Notes under the pieces: generated by a model
The model's database searches: none
Seen by the model: the letters and a program-made list of their open reading frames with translations, nothing else
What the model was told of the DNA's origin: nothing
From: Candidatus Saccharimonadota bacterium
Lineage (GTDB): Bacteria > Patescibacteriota > Saccharimonadia > Saccharimonadales > Saccharimonadaceae
Direction: 5' to 3'
Assembly: GCA_020160975.1 (NCBI GenBank)
Contig: JAIUPJ010000001.1
Coordinates: forward strand, 780,001-812,000
Length of the DNA: 32,000 nucleotides
Part shown: piece by piece, positions 1 through 8,113 of the stretch
Layout of the letters: each line of letters begins with the position of its first letter
Numbering within the stretch: position 1 is the stretch's first letter
Position numbers and translations under genes: made by a program

Positions 1-1166
1 CGCACGTCAAGGGCGATCACATCGAGATTGTCGGCGTGGGCCGTGCTCATCAGGAGCTGGCAGATATGCATCAGGGAGCAATTGCTGATATCGCTGGCGT
101 GGTGCGCAACTGCGAAACCGCACTGGCGCAGGCCGAAGAACAAGCGGGTTTGCAGGCAAAAAAAGCCGTTATTGGTATCGCAGGCGAGCTCGTCAAGGGT
201 GTTACCAATACGATTCGCTACCGTCGGCCGCAGCCCGATCGTCCGCTTGACGAGTCAGAAATGGAATTTATCATCGAGAAGGTGCAAGACCGAGCAGCGA
301 CCAAAGCGCAAAAACAAATTGCGCTCGAGACTGGCAACGATGATGTGGAGGTAAAGCTCGTCAACTCGGCACTTGTCAGTATCCATATCGATGGCTACAA
401 AGTTAGCAATCCGATTGGGTTCCAGGGCAAAGATGTCGCCGTGCAGATCTATACGGCGTTTGCACCGATGGTGCACATCGGGGCGCTCGAGCGAGTAGCG
501 GATGAGTTGGCGCTAGAGCTTGTCGCTGTGGCGGCCGAGCCGTTCGCCGTCAGCCGCAGTGTCCTTGGTACAGATGCCAACAGTAATTTCACGGCAATTC
601 TGGCGGATGTTGGCGGTGGCACAACTGATATCGCGGTGGTCAATGATGGTGGCGTCGAGGGTACCAAGATGTTTGGGATCGGTGGGCGCAGTTTCACCAA
701 CACCATCGCCAACGAAATGAATATCAGTTACGAAGACGCTGAAAAACTCAAAGTCAACATCGATGATGAAAAGGTCAAAGAGTCAGTCAAAAAGGATGTT
801 GCCGCTGCCACAGACAAAACCCTCGAAGTGTGGCTGGCTGGTGTTGAGCTGGCACTGAGCGAATTTGACTCAGTTGATCACTTGCCTCCACGCATCCTTC
901 TCTGTGGTGGCGGTGCTAGTTTGCGGCAGCTGGTTGACGCTCTGAGCGACCGCGAGTGGTACAAAGAACTACCATTTACCAAGCGGCCGAGTGTCCAGCA
1001 TATCAAACCGAGTGATGTCATCGGTATTGTCGATCCCAGCGGCAAAGCAGCAGGACACACGTACATTACAGCGATGGGCCTGTTGAGGGTTGGCTATGAT
1101 ACAATGATAGGCACAAGCGATGTCGATTCTCTCAAAGAAAAACTGAATCGAATGCTCCGAATCTAA
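1..1166 (+). CDS. ftsA: Cell division protein FtsA (actin-like ATPase), 5'-truncated by window edge
   Basis: The frame is open from nt 3 (HVKGDHIEIVGVG...), so the GTG at 36 in the ORF track is internal and the true N-terminus lies upstream. Actin/HSP70-fold motifs are present (IGIAGELV, ADVGGGTTDIAVV, LLCGGGASL). The short amphipathic C-terminal tail (SLKEKLNRMLRI) resembles the FtsA membrane-targeting helix. A PilM-type ATPase is not fully excluded. Confidence 0.85.
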   Translation, partial: HVKGDHIEIVGVGRAHQELADMHQGAIADIAGVVRNCETALAQAEEQAGLQAKKAVIGIAGELVKGVTNTIRYRRPQPDRPLDESEMEFIIEKVQDRAATKAQKQIALETGNDDVEVKLVNSALVSIHIDGYKVSNPIGFQGKDVAVQIYTAFAPMVHIGALERVADELALELVAVAAEPFAVSRSVLGTDANSNFTAILADVGGGTTDIAVVNDGGVEGTKMFGIGGRSFTNTIANEMNISYEDAEKLKVNIDDEKVKESVKKDVAAATDKTLEVWLAGVELALSEFDSVDHLPPRILLCGGGASLRQLVDALSDREWYKELPFTKRPSVQHIKPSDVIGIVDPSGKAAGHTYITAMGLLRVGYDTMIGTSDVDSLKEKLNRMLRI

Positions 1167-1168
1167 GC

Positions 1169-2803
1169 ATGCAAAAAGACGTACTATATATCGATGTCGA
1201 AGACGATATTACCGCAATCATCGGTAAAGTTAAAGAGGCCAAGCATCATATCGTCGCCCTCGTTCCGCCAAAACGGATTGGCGCAATTCAGAGTGCGGTC
1301 AACCTCAAGCTGGTGCATCGTGCCGCCGAGCAGGCCAACAAACGACTGGTGATTATTAGCAATAATGCTGCGCTCATGGCATTGGCAGGCTCGGCTGGGA
1401 TTCCCGTGGCCAAAAATCTGCAGAGCAAACCCGAGCTAGCAGAGGTAGCTGCGCTAGATATTGATGACGGCGAGGATATCATCGATGGGGCAGATGTTCC
1501 TGCGCTCGAAGCAACGGAAGAAGTCGTTGACCCGGAAGATGAGTCTGTCGCGACAGTCAGCAAGCCAGCATCGTCCAAAAAAGCTACCACCGTCTCAGTT
1601 TCTAGTCTGGGCGCCACGGCGCTCGCTGCCAAGGACAAGGTCAAGATTCCAAATTTCGATACCTTTCGCAAGAAATTATTTATCGGCCTCACGGCACTCG
1701 CCCTTTTAATCGGTTTTCTGGTATGGGCGATCGTTTTTGCGCCGAGCGCGCGTATTGTCATCACGGCACGGACGACCGATGCCGCACTCAACAGTAATGT
1801 AACGTTCAGCCCAGCGCTTGCCACTGATCTCAAGGCAGGCACGATTAAGTCAGAGGTCAAGACATTGAAAAAGGACGTCTCGATACCGCTTGCCGCAACG
1901 GGCAAAAAGGATGTAGGGACAAAAGCGACGGGTACGGTGAAGTTTGTGCCGACGAGTCCGATGGTGTTTCTAAACGGCGCCACGATTCCTGCAGGTACTT
2001 CAGTCACGGCTTCCGGTGGGTCAGTCTATACGACCGATGCAGCTGTGGTGTTTGATTCCGATGCACCGGCAAGTAGTTTGGCGGCAGGTAAAACCGTGGC
2101 GGTAACAGCAGCTGCAAATGGCGCAAGCTATAACGGTGCAACTGGTTCAGCCAGCGGGCCAAGTGGATTCTCGACAACATTTACTACACCGACCTCTGGC
2201 GGTACCGACAAGACGATTACTGTCGTCCAGCAAAGTGATGTTGACAAGGTATCGGGCGACATCCTCAAGAGTGGTGAAGCTGAGGCCGCCAAAGCTGAGC
2301 TGAAAAAGCAATTCGCTGATAGCTTTATTGTGCTTGACGCTAGTTTTGCTTCTGATACCAGCGCGGTGAAGCCCACTCCTGCTGTCGACGCAGAATCTAC
2401 CGATGGCAAAGGTGTATTGGCTGGGCCAGTGACATTCACACTGGTAGCAATCGCAAAATCCGAGGCCGGGAAGTATCTTGACGCCTACTTTGCTCAACAG
2501 ATCGACGGCAAGAGTGACCAAAAAGTCTACAGCAACGGACTTTCGGCGGTGTCGCTCACGAACATTTCGGCAAAGGACGGTAATTACCAGGGAAATATCT
2601 CAACAAATGGCAAGCTTGGCCCAAAAATTGATGAGGTTGCGCTCAAAGAATTTATCAAGGGCAAACGATTTGGCGATATTCAAACACACGTTCAGAGTAT
2701 CAGCGGGGTCGAGAATGTTGACGTAAAGATGTCGCCGTTTTGGGTCAGCTCAGCGCCAAATGACACCAGTCGCATCGCAATTGAGTTTAAAGTGAATGAC
2801 TAG
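1169..2803 (+). CDS. Hypothetical single-pass membrane protein in the ftsA-ruvX-mltG operon (function unknown)
   Basis: This 544-aa ORF starts 2 nt after the ftsA stop (TAAGCATG) and overlaps ruvX by 8 nt, so it is translationally coupled. It has a ~170-aa N-terminal cytoplasmic domain, an acidic linker, one TM helix (LFIGLTALALLIGFLVWAIVFA) and a ~350-aa T/S/A/V-rich ectodomain. I recognise no family by eye. Confidence 0.85.
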   Translation: MQKDVLYIDVEDDITAIIGKVKEAKHHIVALVPPKRIGAIQSAVNLKLVHRAAEQANKRLVIISNNAALMALAGSAGIPVAKNLQSKPELAEVAALDIDDGEDIIDGADVPALEATEEVVDPEDESVATVSKPASSKKATTVSVSSLGATALAAKDKVKIPNFDTFRKKLFIGLTALALLIGFLVWAIVFAPSARIVITARTTDAALNSNVTFSPALATDLKAGTIKSEVKTLKKDVSIPLAATGKKDVGTKATGTVKFVPTSPMVFLNGATIPAGTSVTASGGSVYTTDAAVVFDSDAPASSLAAGKTVAVTAAANGASYNGATGSASGPSGFSTTFTTPTSGGTDKTITVVQQSDVDKVSGDILKSGEAEAAKAELKKQFADSFIVLDASFASDTSAVKPTPAVDAESTDGKGVLAGPVTFTLVAIAKSEAGKYLDAYFAQQIDGKSDQKVYSNGLSAVSLTNISAKDGNYQGNISTNGKLGPKIDEVALKEFIKGKRFGDIQTHVQSISGVENVDVKMSPFWVSSAPNDTSRIAIEFKVND

Positions 2804-3200
2804 CTCGCAGATGATTCTTGCGCTCGATGTCGGAGAAAAACGTATCGGTGTCGCGCTGGCTGATACAGCGATAAAAATCGCGATTACGTATGATACTATC
2901 TCTGTTGATGGCGATGAAGACAAGGCGCTTGCTCGCATCATTTCTCTCGAGAACATCGACCGTATCGTCGTGGGATACCCACGAAACCAGTCTGGCGAGC
3001 CAACGGCCCAAACTGCATTTGTCGAAACATTCACCGAGCGACTACATTCATTTGGGCTGCCGATTGACTATCAGGACGAATCTTTGACCAGCGTCAAGGC
3101 CGAAGAACTGCTAAAATCCCAGAAGAAACCGTATCAAAAAGCCGACATCGACTCACTAGCGGCGAGTTTGATTCTGCAGGATTATTTGGAGTTACAGTGA
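2796..3200 (+). CDS. ruvX: Holliday-junction-resolvase-like nuclease RuvX/YqgF
   Basis: N-terminal ILALDVGEKRIGVALAD matches the YqgF/RuvX catalytic motif (LGxDxGxKRIGVA). Size is 134 aa, with a C-terminal DSxAAxxILQxYL motif. The start could instead be the ATG at 2811. Confidence 0.9.
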   Translation: MTSSQMILALDVGEKRIGVALADTAIKIAITYDTISVDGDEDKALARIISLENIDRIVVGYPRNQSGEPTAQTAFVETFTERLHSFGLPIDYQDESLTSVKAEELLKSQKKPYQKADIDSLAASLILQDYLELQ

Positions 3201-4483
3201 TGGATGGCTTTAAACGACCAAAGCGCACTGCCGCTACACCGACTACACGTAGGGTTGCTGCCGTTCCGGCGATCTCTCCGCGTCCTCAGCCGGCTCTTGA
3301 GAGTGAACAGCAGCCAGCGACTGCATTGTCTGAGGAGCCATTGCCGCGCGATGCCACTCCTGTTACCCGCACATATTCGCGTTTGCGCCGACGAGGCTGG
3401 TTTTTCTGGATTGGGGGATTAATTGTCGCTGCGCTATTTATACTAGGCACGGGGGGTATCTGGTACCAACAGCAACTTCAGCCAGTTGATCCAGCCGATG
3501 ACTCGAAAGTTCGTTTTGAGGTAAAAGAAGGAACGAGCTTTGCGCGGGTGAGCAGCCAATTGAGCGAGCGCGGCCTCATTCGCAGTCAATTTGCTTTCGA
3601 TCTCTACGCGCGTCTCAATGACAAGCACAATATTCAGGCTAGTACCTGCAACCTCAAGAAATCAGAGTCGACGGCTGAGATTCTCGATCACCTCACAAAA
3701 GGTTGCCATGATTTTGTCTCCGTGACGTTTTACCCTGGGGCTACCATCGAAAAGCCCCTCTACAAGTCACCAAGTGCAACGATTGATCAGGAAAAAATGT
3801 ATATCAAAGGTGTGCTGTTGTCAGCTGGCTATAGCCCAGCCGATATCGAGGCCGCATTGAAGAAGTCTTACAGTGGACCGCTCTTTGCAGATAAGCCCCC
3901 TGGCACCTCGCTCGAGGGATATGTTTTTGGCGAAACCTACTACGTCGACAAGTCCGCCACAGCTGCTGAAGTACTACAAGAAACATTCACCCAGATGGAA
4001 AGCGTGGTAGAGCGCAATGATCTCGTAAGCAAATTTAAGGCGCAAGGACTCACGCTCTATCAAGGAATCACCATGGCCTCTATCGTCCAGCGAGAGCTTA
4101 ACTGCGAAGGCAAGCCGACGGAGGAACGCAAAAATCGCTGCTATGGCTACCAGCAATCAATTGCACAGGTGTTCCTAAAGCGCTACAAAGAAGGGATTTC
4201 GCTTGGTTCTGATGTGACCTTTATTTATGCTGCCGACAAAATGGGAGTCACACCAACGGTCGATCTTGAATCCCCCTACAACACGCGTAATCGCGTCGGA
4301 CTGCCGCCAGGGCCGATTGCCTCACCTGGTGAGCTAGCCCTGCAAGCGGTGGCCAACCCGAGTAACACAGACTACCTGTTCTTTATTGCTGGGGATGACG
4401 GGTTGATCTATTTTGCAAATGACGTCGCAGGCCACGAGGCCAACATCAAGAACCACTGCCAGGTCCTCTGTAGCGAACTGTAG
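3197..4483 (+). CDS. mltG: Endolytic murein transglycosylase MltG (YceG-like)
   Basis: The GTG start overlaps the ruvX stop (GTGA). There is an N-terminal TM anchor (WFFWIGGLIVAALFILGTGGIW). The C-terminal YceG signature is GLPPGPIASPGELALQAVANP...DYLFFIAGDDGLIYFANDVAGHEANI. ruvX-mltG adjacency is common in Gram-positive bacteria. Confidence 0.9.
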   Translation: MMDGFKRPKRTAATPTTRRVAAVPAISPRPQPALESEQQPATALSEEPLPRDATPVTRTYSRLRRRGWFFWIGGLIVAALFILGTGGIWYQQQLQPVDPADDSKVRFEVKEGTSFARVSSQLSERGLIRSQFAFDLYARLNDKHNIQASTCNLKKSESTAEILDHLTKGCHDFVSVTFYPGATIEKPLYKSPSATIDQEKMYIKGVLLSAGYSPADIEAALKKSYSGPLFADKPPGTSLEGYVFGETYYVDKSATAAEVLQETFTQMESVVERNDLVSKFKAQGLTLYQGITMASIVQRELNCEGKPTEERKNRCYGYQQSIAQVFLKRYKEGISLGSDVTFIYAADKMGVTPTVDLESPYNTRNRVGLPPGPIASPGELALQAVANPSNTDYLFFIAGDDGLIYFANDVAGHEANIKNHCQVLCSEL

Positions 4484-4623
4484 CAGTGGGTGTGAGCCAT
4501 ACCAAAATCTGAATCTCAAAACCCTTCATTCACGCCATACGGTGCCTGCACCCAAGGTACAACGCACTTGGCATAGAAGAGGGTGTAGGGTAAGGGGTTT
4601 TGATACTTAATGATACCAAAGCG

Positions 4624-4652
4624 TTGACTTTTTGACACAAAAAGGCTAGTAT
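4624..4652 (+). promoter_or_regulatory. Putative sigma70-type promoter for the LysM-CHAP gene (TTGACT-17-TAGTAT)
   Basis: TTGACT at 4624-4629, a 17-nt spacer, then TAGTAT at 4647-4652. This implies a ~250-nt 5' leader before the ATG at 4910. Confidence 0.45.
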
Positions 4653-4909
4653 ACGAGAAGCACATTGACACGATAGAATTCGCACTACCACAGGTAGCGA
4701 GGATTCGGGTGTGGAAATTAACAGTTTCAAAAGTGCCTACCTTTATAAGTCGTACGAACGCCGAAATTCACTTTCTTTTATCAATATTACGTAAACCAAG
4801 GTCGACACGCGCGTTCTTTCCCTGCTATAGTGCCGGGAAGTTAAGACAAAACAGGTAGTCGTGCCTCCAGCAATGAGGGCACAGGAGAACGATTATTCGT
4901 AATCAATCC

Positions 4910-6103
4910 ATGGCTCAGGATACCGCAAGAGCCGCAACAATTGAATGTTCATCTGACGATATTCGTCGCTCTGTTCGTAACACACATCACCGCGGATCGG
5001 TTTCGTGGTCAACTATTTCCTCATATTTTGGGGTTTTTCTGCTGATATCATCTTTGGTAGCGATTAGTTACAATCCTCCAATTAAAACACCTGCTGCCAA
5101 CGCACCTGGTGCGACTGCTGTTGCTCAAGCGACACCGCTCAAGGCCGCCAAAGACACTTCTGTTGACCAGCTCATGGCCGCCAACATCGCTGCGGTGGTA
5201 TCTGAGAGTGCCGATATGCCAATTGCCAACAACGCTTCGACGCTGTCGCAGTCACTAACGGTCGAAAGTCTCCTGGCGCAGACCGACACCAACACCATCA
5301 GCAAGCCACAAATTGTCCAGCCGGCGGCAGACAGTCGTACGGCTATCAAATATACGACCGTTGCAGGCGACACCATACCTGCTCTTGCGCAAGAGTACGG
5401 CGTCTCAGCGCAGACGATTAAATGGGCGAATAGCTTGACTTCTGATGCACTCGAGCCTGGCAAAGAAATCTCAATTCCACCAGTTGACGGAGTAGTTTAC
5501 ACCGTGAAAGCGGGTGATACTATCGATTCAATCGCGGCCAAATACAAGGCCGACAAAGACCGTCTGGTAGCCTTTAACGACCTCGAGTTAACTGGTGCGC
5601 TTGCTCCAGGGGCGCAGATAACTATTCCAGGTGGTGATCTGCCCGAAAACGAACGTCCGGGTTATGTAGCGCCTCGCGCTACAACCACCACGACGCGCAA
5701 CACAACAGGGACTGGGACCTATTCTGGCGGCTTTAGCTCTGGCTGGCTAGCTGGTGCGTCTGCGGGCAATCGCTATGGCCTTGGCCAGTGTACTTGGTAT
5801 GCCTACGAGCGTCGTATGCAACTCGGTAGCCCAATTGGTAGTTTCTGGGGCAACGCAAATACCTGGGCATACTCGGGCGCGGCCGCAGGGTTCTTAGTTG
5901 ATGGTAACCCTGCTCCGGGCGCGATTATGCAAAACGGCGGTGGGTATGGCCACGTCGCTATCGTTGAAGCGGTCAATCCCGGTGTCTCTGTCACAATTAG
6001 CGAGATGAATGGCTATCGTTTTGGCGGCGGCTGGAATCGCGTTGGTCACGGAGATATTTCGTGGGGTGAAGCGGTGAGTGGCATGTACCGATATATTCAT
6101 TAA
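4910..6103 (+). CDS. Secreted peptidoglycan hydrolase, 2x LysM + C-terminal CHAP domain
   Basis: N-terminal TM/signal anchor (YFGVFLLISSLVAISY). Two LysM repeats (YTTVAGDTIPALAQEYGVSAQTIKWANSL; YTVKAGDTIDSIAAKYKADKDRLVAFNDL). CHAP-type Cys/His region (GQCTWYAYERR ... GGGYGHVAIVEAV). The start codon is uncertain (see findings). Confidence 0.9.
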   Translation: MAQDTARAATIECSSDDIRRSVRNTHHRGSVSWSTISSYFGVFLLISSLVAISYNPPIKTPAANAPGATAVAQATPLKAAKDTSVDQLMAANIAAVVSESADMPIANNASTLSQSLTVESLLAQTDTNTISKPQIVQPAADSRTAIKYTTVAGDTIPALAQEYGVSAQTIKWANSLTSDALEPGKEISIPPVDGVVYTVKAGDTIDSIAAKYKADKDRLVAFNDLELTGALAPGAQITIPGGDLPENERPGYVAPRATTTTTRNTTGTGTYSGGFSSGWLAGASAGNRYGLGQCTWYAYERRMQLGSPIGSFWGNANTWAYSGAAAGFLVDGNPAPGAIMQNGGGYGHVAIVEAVNPGVSVTISEMNGYRFGGGWNRVGHGDISWGEAVSGMYRYIH

Positions 6104-6136
6104 ATATGAGACAAAACACCGTTCTTTCTCATCGAG

Positions 6137-6170
6137 CCGAGGAGCGATAGCTTCTCGGTTTGCTCTTTTC
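6137..6170 (+). terminator. Intrinsic terminator after the LysM-CHAP gene
   Basis: An 8-bp stem (6137-6144 / 6151-6158, one G-U pair) with a 6-nt loop is followed by the T-rich tail TTTGCTCTTTTC. Confidence 0.6.
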
Positions 6171-6220
6171 TACGAAAAGAGAAAAGAAGGGATTTGAGAT
6201 TGCTTTGCCAAAAGCAAATG

Positions 6221-6279
6221 AAAAACCCGCCCCAGCCGGGGACTCGCACTACCAAGTATCTGGTCTCGTGCGAGTCCCC
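6221..6279 (-). terminator. Terminator region of the GC-rich 111-aa gene
   Basis: A 12-bp GC-rich stem GGGGACTCGCAC/GTGCGAGTCCCC (6238-6249 / 6268-6279) lies just after the stop codon (6291-6293). On the minus strand it is followed by CCCCGGCUGGGGCGGG and a U5 run (6221-6225). Confidence 0.55.
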
Positions 6280-6290
6280 GCGGGTGCGGG

Positions 6291-6626
6291 TCAGAGCGCC
6301 AGGTTGGGCGCCCACTCGGTGTCGTTGGCCGGCAACGGACAGACCGTGCCGAGCCGGATCGCGCGAATCGTGAACTGGCTGTTCTCCAGCGCGGCCAGCT
6401 TGACCCATGTGGGTCGCATGACCTGGAAGTAGGGCAGGTGCACCGTGAAGATCTTCACGATGACCTGCTTGCGCAGACCACCAACTTTCACGTTGAAGAG
6501 GACATTCACGATCTCACCGCCGGGATCCTTGACGATCTCATCGGCCATGCAAACACCCTCGATCTCCATCTGCTGGATCTCCAGAGCGCTGATGCGTGAG
6601 TCGACCGATACGATGTTTTGTGCCAT
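6291..6626 (-). CDS. Hypothetical 111-aa protein, compositionally foreign (GC-rich, GC3-biased)
   Basis: It has its own near-consensus promoter (6689-6717), a strong SD (AAAGGAGAA) 4 nt before the ATG, and its own terminator. Almost every third codon position I read is G/C, unlike neighbouring genes. No signal peptide, TM helix or recognisable motif. Confidence 0.7.
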   Translation of the reverse strand: MAQNIVSVDSRISALEIQQMEIEGVCMADEIVKDPGGEIVNVLFNVKVGGLRKQVIVKIFTVHLPYFQVMRPTWVKLAALENSQFTIRAIRLGTVCPLPANDTEWAPNLAL

Positions 6627-6688
6627 GGCATTCTCCTTTGGAGTTCCGATTGCTCGTGACCATCACGCGCAAATACCATGAAAGATAT

Positions 6689-6717
6689 ATTATAGCAAAT
6701 TTGACCATAAAAGTCAA
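6689..6717 (-). promoter_or_regulatory. Near-consensus promoter (TTGACT-17-TGcTATAAT) for the GC-rich 111-aa gene
   Basis: Read on the minus strand: TTGACT (6712-6717), 17-nt spacer, TATAAT (6689-6694), preceded by an extended -10 TG. The leader is ~55 nt and carries the SD. Confidence 0.65.
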
Positions 6718-6729
6718 CAATGGTACGAT
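6701..6729 (+). promoter_or_regulatory. Promoter for obg (TTGACC-17-TGgTACGAT), leaderless-type spacing
   Basis: TTGACC at 6701-6706, 17-nt spacer, TACGAT at 6724-6729 with TG at 6721-6722. The -10 box ends 9 nt before the obg ATG (6739) and there is no SD. It overlaps the divergent minus-strand promoter. Confidence 0.55.
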
Positions 6730-6738
6730 AGGTAGAGT

Positions 6739-8031
6739 ATGTTTGTCGACACAGCAAAAGTCACAGTCCAAGCGGGTAAAGGCGGCGATGGAGCCGTCAG
6801 TTTTCGTCATGAAATTTATGTCGACAAGGGTGGGCCAGATGGTGGCGACGGCGGACGTGGCGGCGACGTCATCTTTCAGGCGACGGAAAACCTCAACACG
6901 CTGCTCGACTTTCGCTACAAGCCCGAGCTAAAGGCTAGCGATGGCCAGGCTGGCAGCAAGCGCAAAAAAGCCGGGCGTAGCGGCAAGGATTTCATCGTGA
7001 AAGTCCCGCTAGGTACACTAGTCAAGCGTGACGGCGAGACGATCGCTGACTTGACCGAAAATGGCCAAGAAATCGTGATTGCCAAGGGTGGGGACGGCGG
7101 CTTTGGCAACGCGCACTTCAAATCCAGTACTCGCCAGGCTCCAAAAATCGCCGAGCTCGGCGAAATGGGCGATGCCTTTGAGGCCGAGCTTGAGCTGAAA
7201 CTGCTGGCCGATGTCGGGCTGGTGGGCTTCCCAAACGCCGGTAAATCAACATTTCTCTCTGTGGTCAGCAACGCCAAGCCAGAAATCGCCGACTATGCCT
7301 TTACCACACTGACGCCAAACCTAGGGGTTGCAGATATCGACAGCAGCAGCCTACTCATCGCAGACATCCCAGGGTTGATCGAGGGAGCGAGCGAGGGCAA
7401 AGGCCTGGGCGACGCATTCCTGCGCCATGTCGAGCGTACCGCGGTGTTGCTTCACCTCATCGACGTCTATAGCGACGATGTCGCCAAGAGCTACCAGACT
7501 ATCCGGGAAGAGCTTCAGAAATACAGTCCAGAGCTGGCAACTCGACCAGAGGTTGTCGCACTCACGAAGTGCGAAGGACTTGATGACGATATCGTTGCTA
7601 TGCAGCGCGACGAACTCAGCAAGGTGCTGCCGAAAGACACGCCTGTATTTACGATTTCAGCTGCCGCTCACAAAGGACTCACAGAGGTGCTCAGAGCACT
7701 CCAGGCAAAGGTAAGCGAAGTGCGAGCGGTTCAAGCTCTCGAGACTCCAGAGGAAGACGATGAAACCACTGTCATTACTCTCGGTGAAGACCAGCTTTCA
7801 AATCATTGGGAAGTGATATTCGATCAAGAGTTGCAAATCTACCAGGTGTCTGGTGAAAAGATCGAGAAATTTGCTCGTCGCACTAATTATGATAACTACG
7901 AAACTCTCAATCGCCTCCGCGATATCATGCGAAAGCTCGGGATTTATCATGAGTTGACGCGTCAAGGCGCGACGGGTGAGAGCTTGATAAAAATCGGCGA
8001 TTCACCAGAATTTACACTGGTTGAGCAATAG
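6739..8031 (+). CDS. obg: GTPase Obg/CgtA
   Basis: Glycine-rich Obg fold (VQAGKGGDGAVSFRHEIYVDKGGPDGGDGGRGGDVIF). G1 motif GFPNAGKST and G3 motif DIPGLIEGA. The C-terminal OCT-type domain ends ...IKIGDSPEFTLVEQ. Confidence 0.97.
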   Translation: MFVDTAKVTVQAGKGGDGAVSFRHEIYVDKGGPDGGDGGRGGDVIFQATENLNTLLDFRYKPELKASDGQAGSKRKKAGRSGKDFIVKVPLGTLVKRDGETIADLTENGQEIVIAKGGDGGFGNAHFKSSTRQAPKIAELGEMGDAFEAELELKLLADVGLVGFPNAGKSTFLSVVSNAKPEIADYAFTTLTPNLGVADIDSSSLLIADIPGLIEGASEGKGLGDAFLRHVERTAVLLHLIDVYSDDVAKSYQTIREELQKYSPELATRPEVVALTKCEGLDDDIVAMQRDELSKVLPKDTPVFTISAAAHKGLTEVLRALQAKVSEVRAVQALETPEEDDETTVITLGEDQLSNHWEVIFDQELQIYQVSGEKIEKFARRTNYDNYETLNRLRDIMRKLGIYHELTRQGATGESLIKIGDSPEFTLVEQ

Positions 8032-8078
8032 CCTACTACTGTTATCTTGACTTTTTTAAACGAAAATTATAAAAAGCA

Positions 8079-8107
8079 TTGACATATAATAAATAATGTG
8101 ATACAAT
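8079..8107 (+). promoter_or_regulatory. Near-consensus sigma70 promoter (TTGACA-17-TGaTACAAT) of the ORF-free unit
   Basis: TTGACA at 8079-8084, 17-nt spacer, TACAAT at 8102-8107, with extended -10 TG at 8099-8100 and AT-rich upstream sequence. No CDS follows for ~670 nt. Confidence 0.65.
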
Positions 8108-8113
8108 GCAATT

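Noticed and set aside
4681-4714. ydaO (c-di-AMP riboswitch)-like string ACCCGAAUCC...GCUACCU...GUGCG upstream of the LysM-CHAP hydrolase
   Set aside because: The similarity is on the minus strand, antisense to the hydrolase leader, with no minus-strand gene downstream. The other ydaO core elements (GGGGACCCA, GGGGUGAAUC) are absent. I treat it as a chance resemblance.
6100-6432. ORFs 6100..6408(-) and 6160..6432(+) overlapping the terminator region and GC-rich gene
   Set aside because: They span two terminator hairpins and overlap the better-supported 6291..6626 gene in other frames. They have no translation signals.
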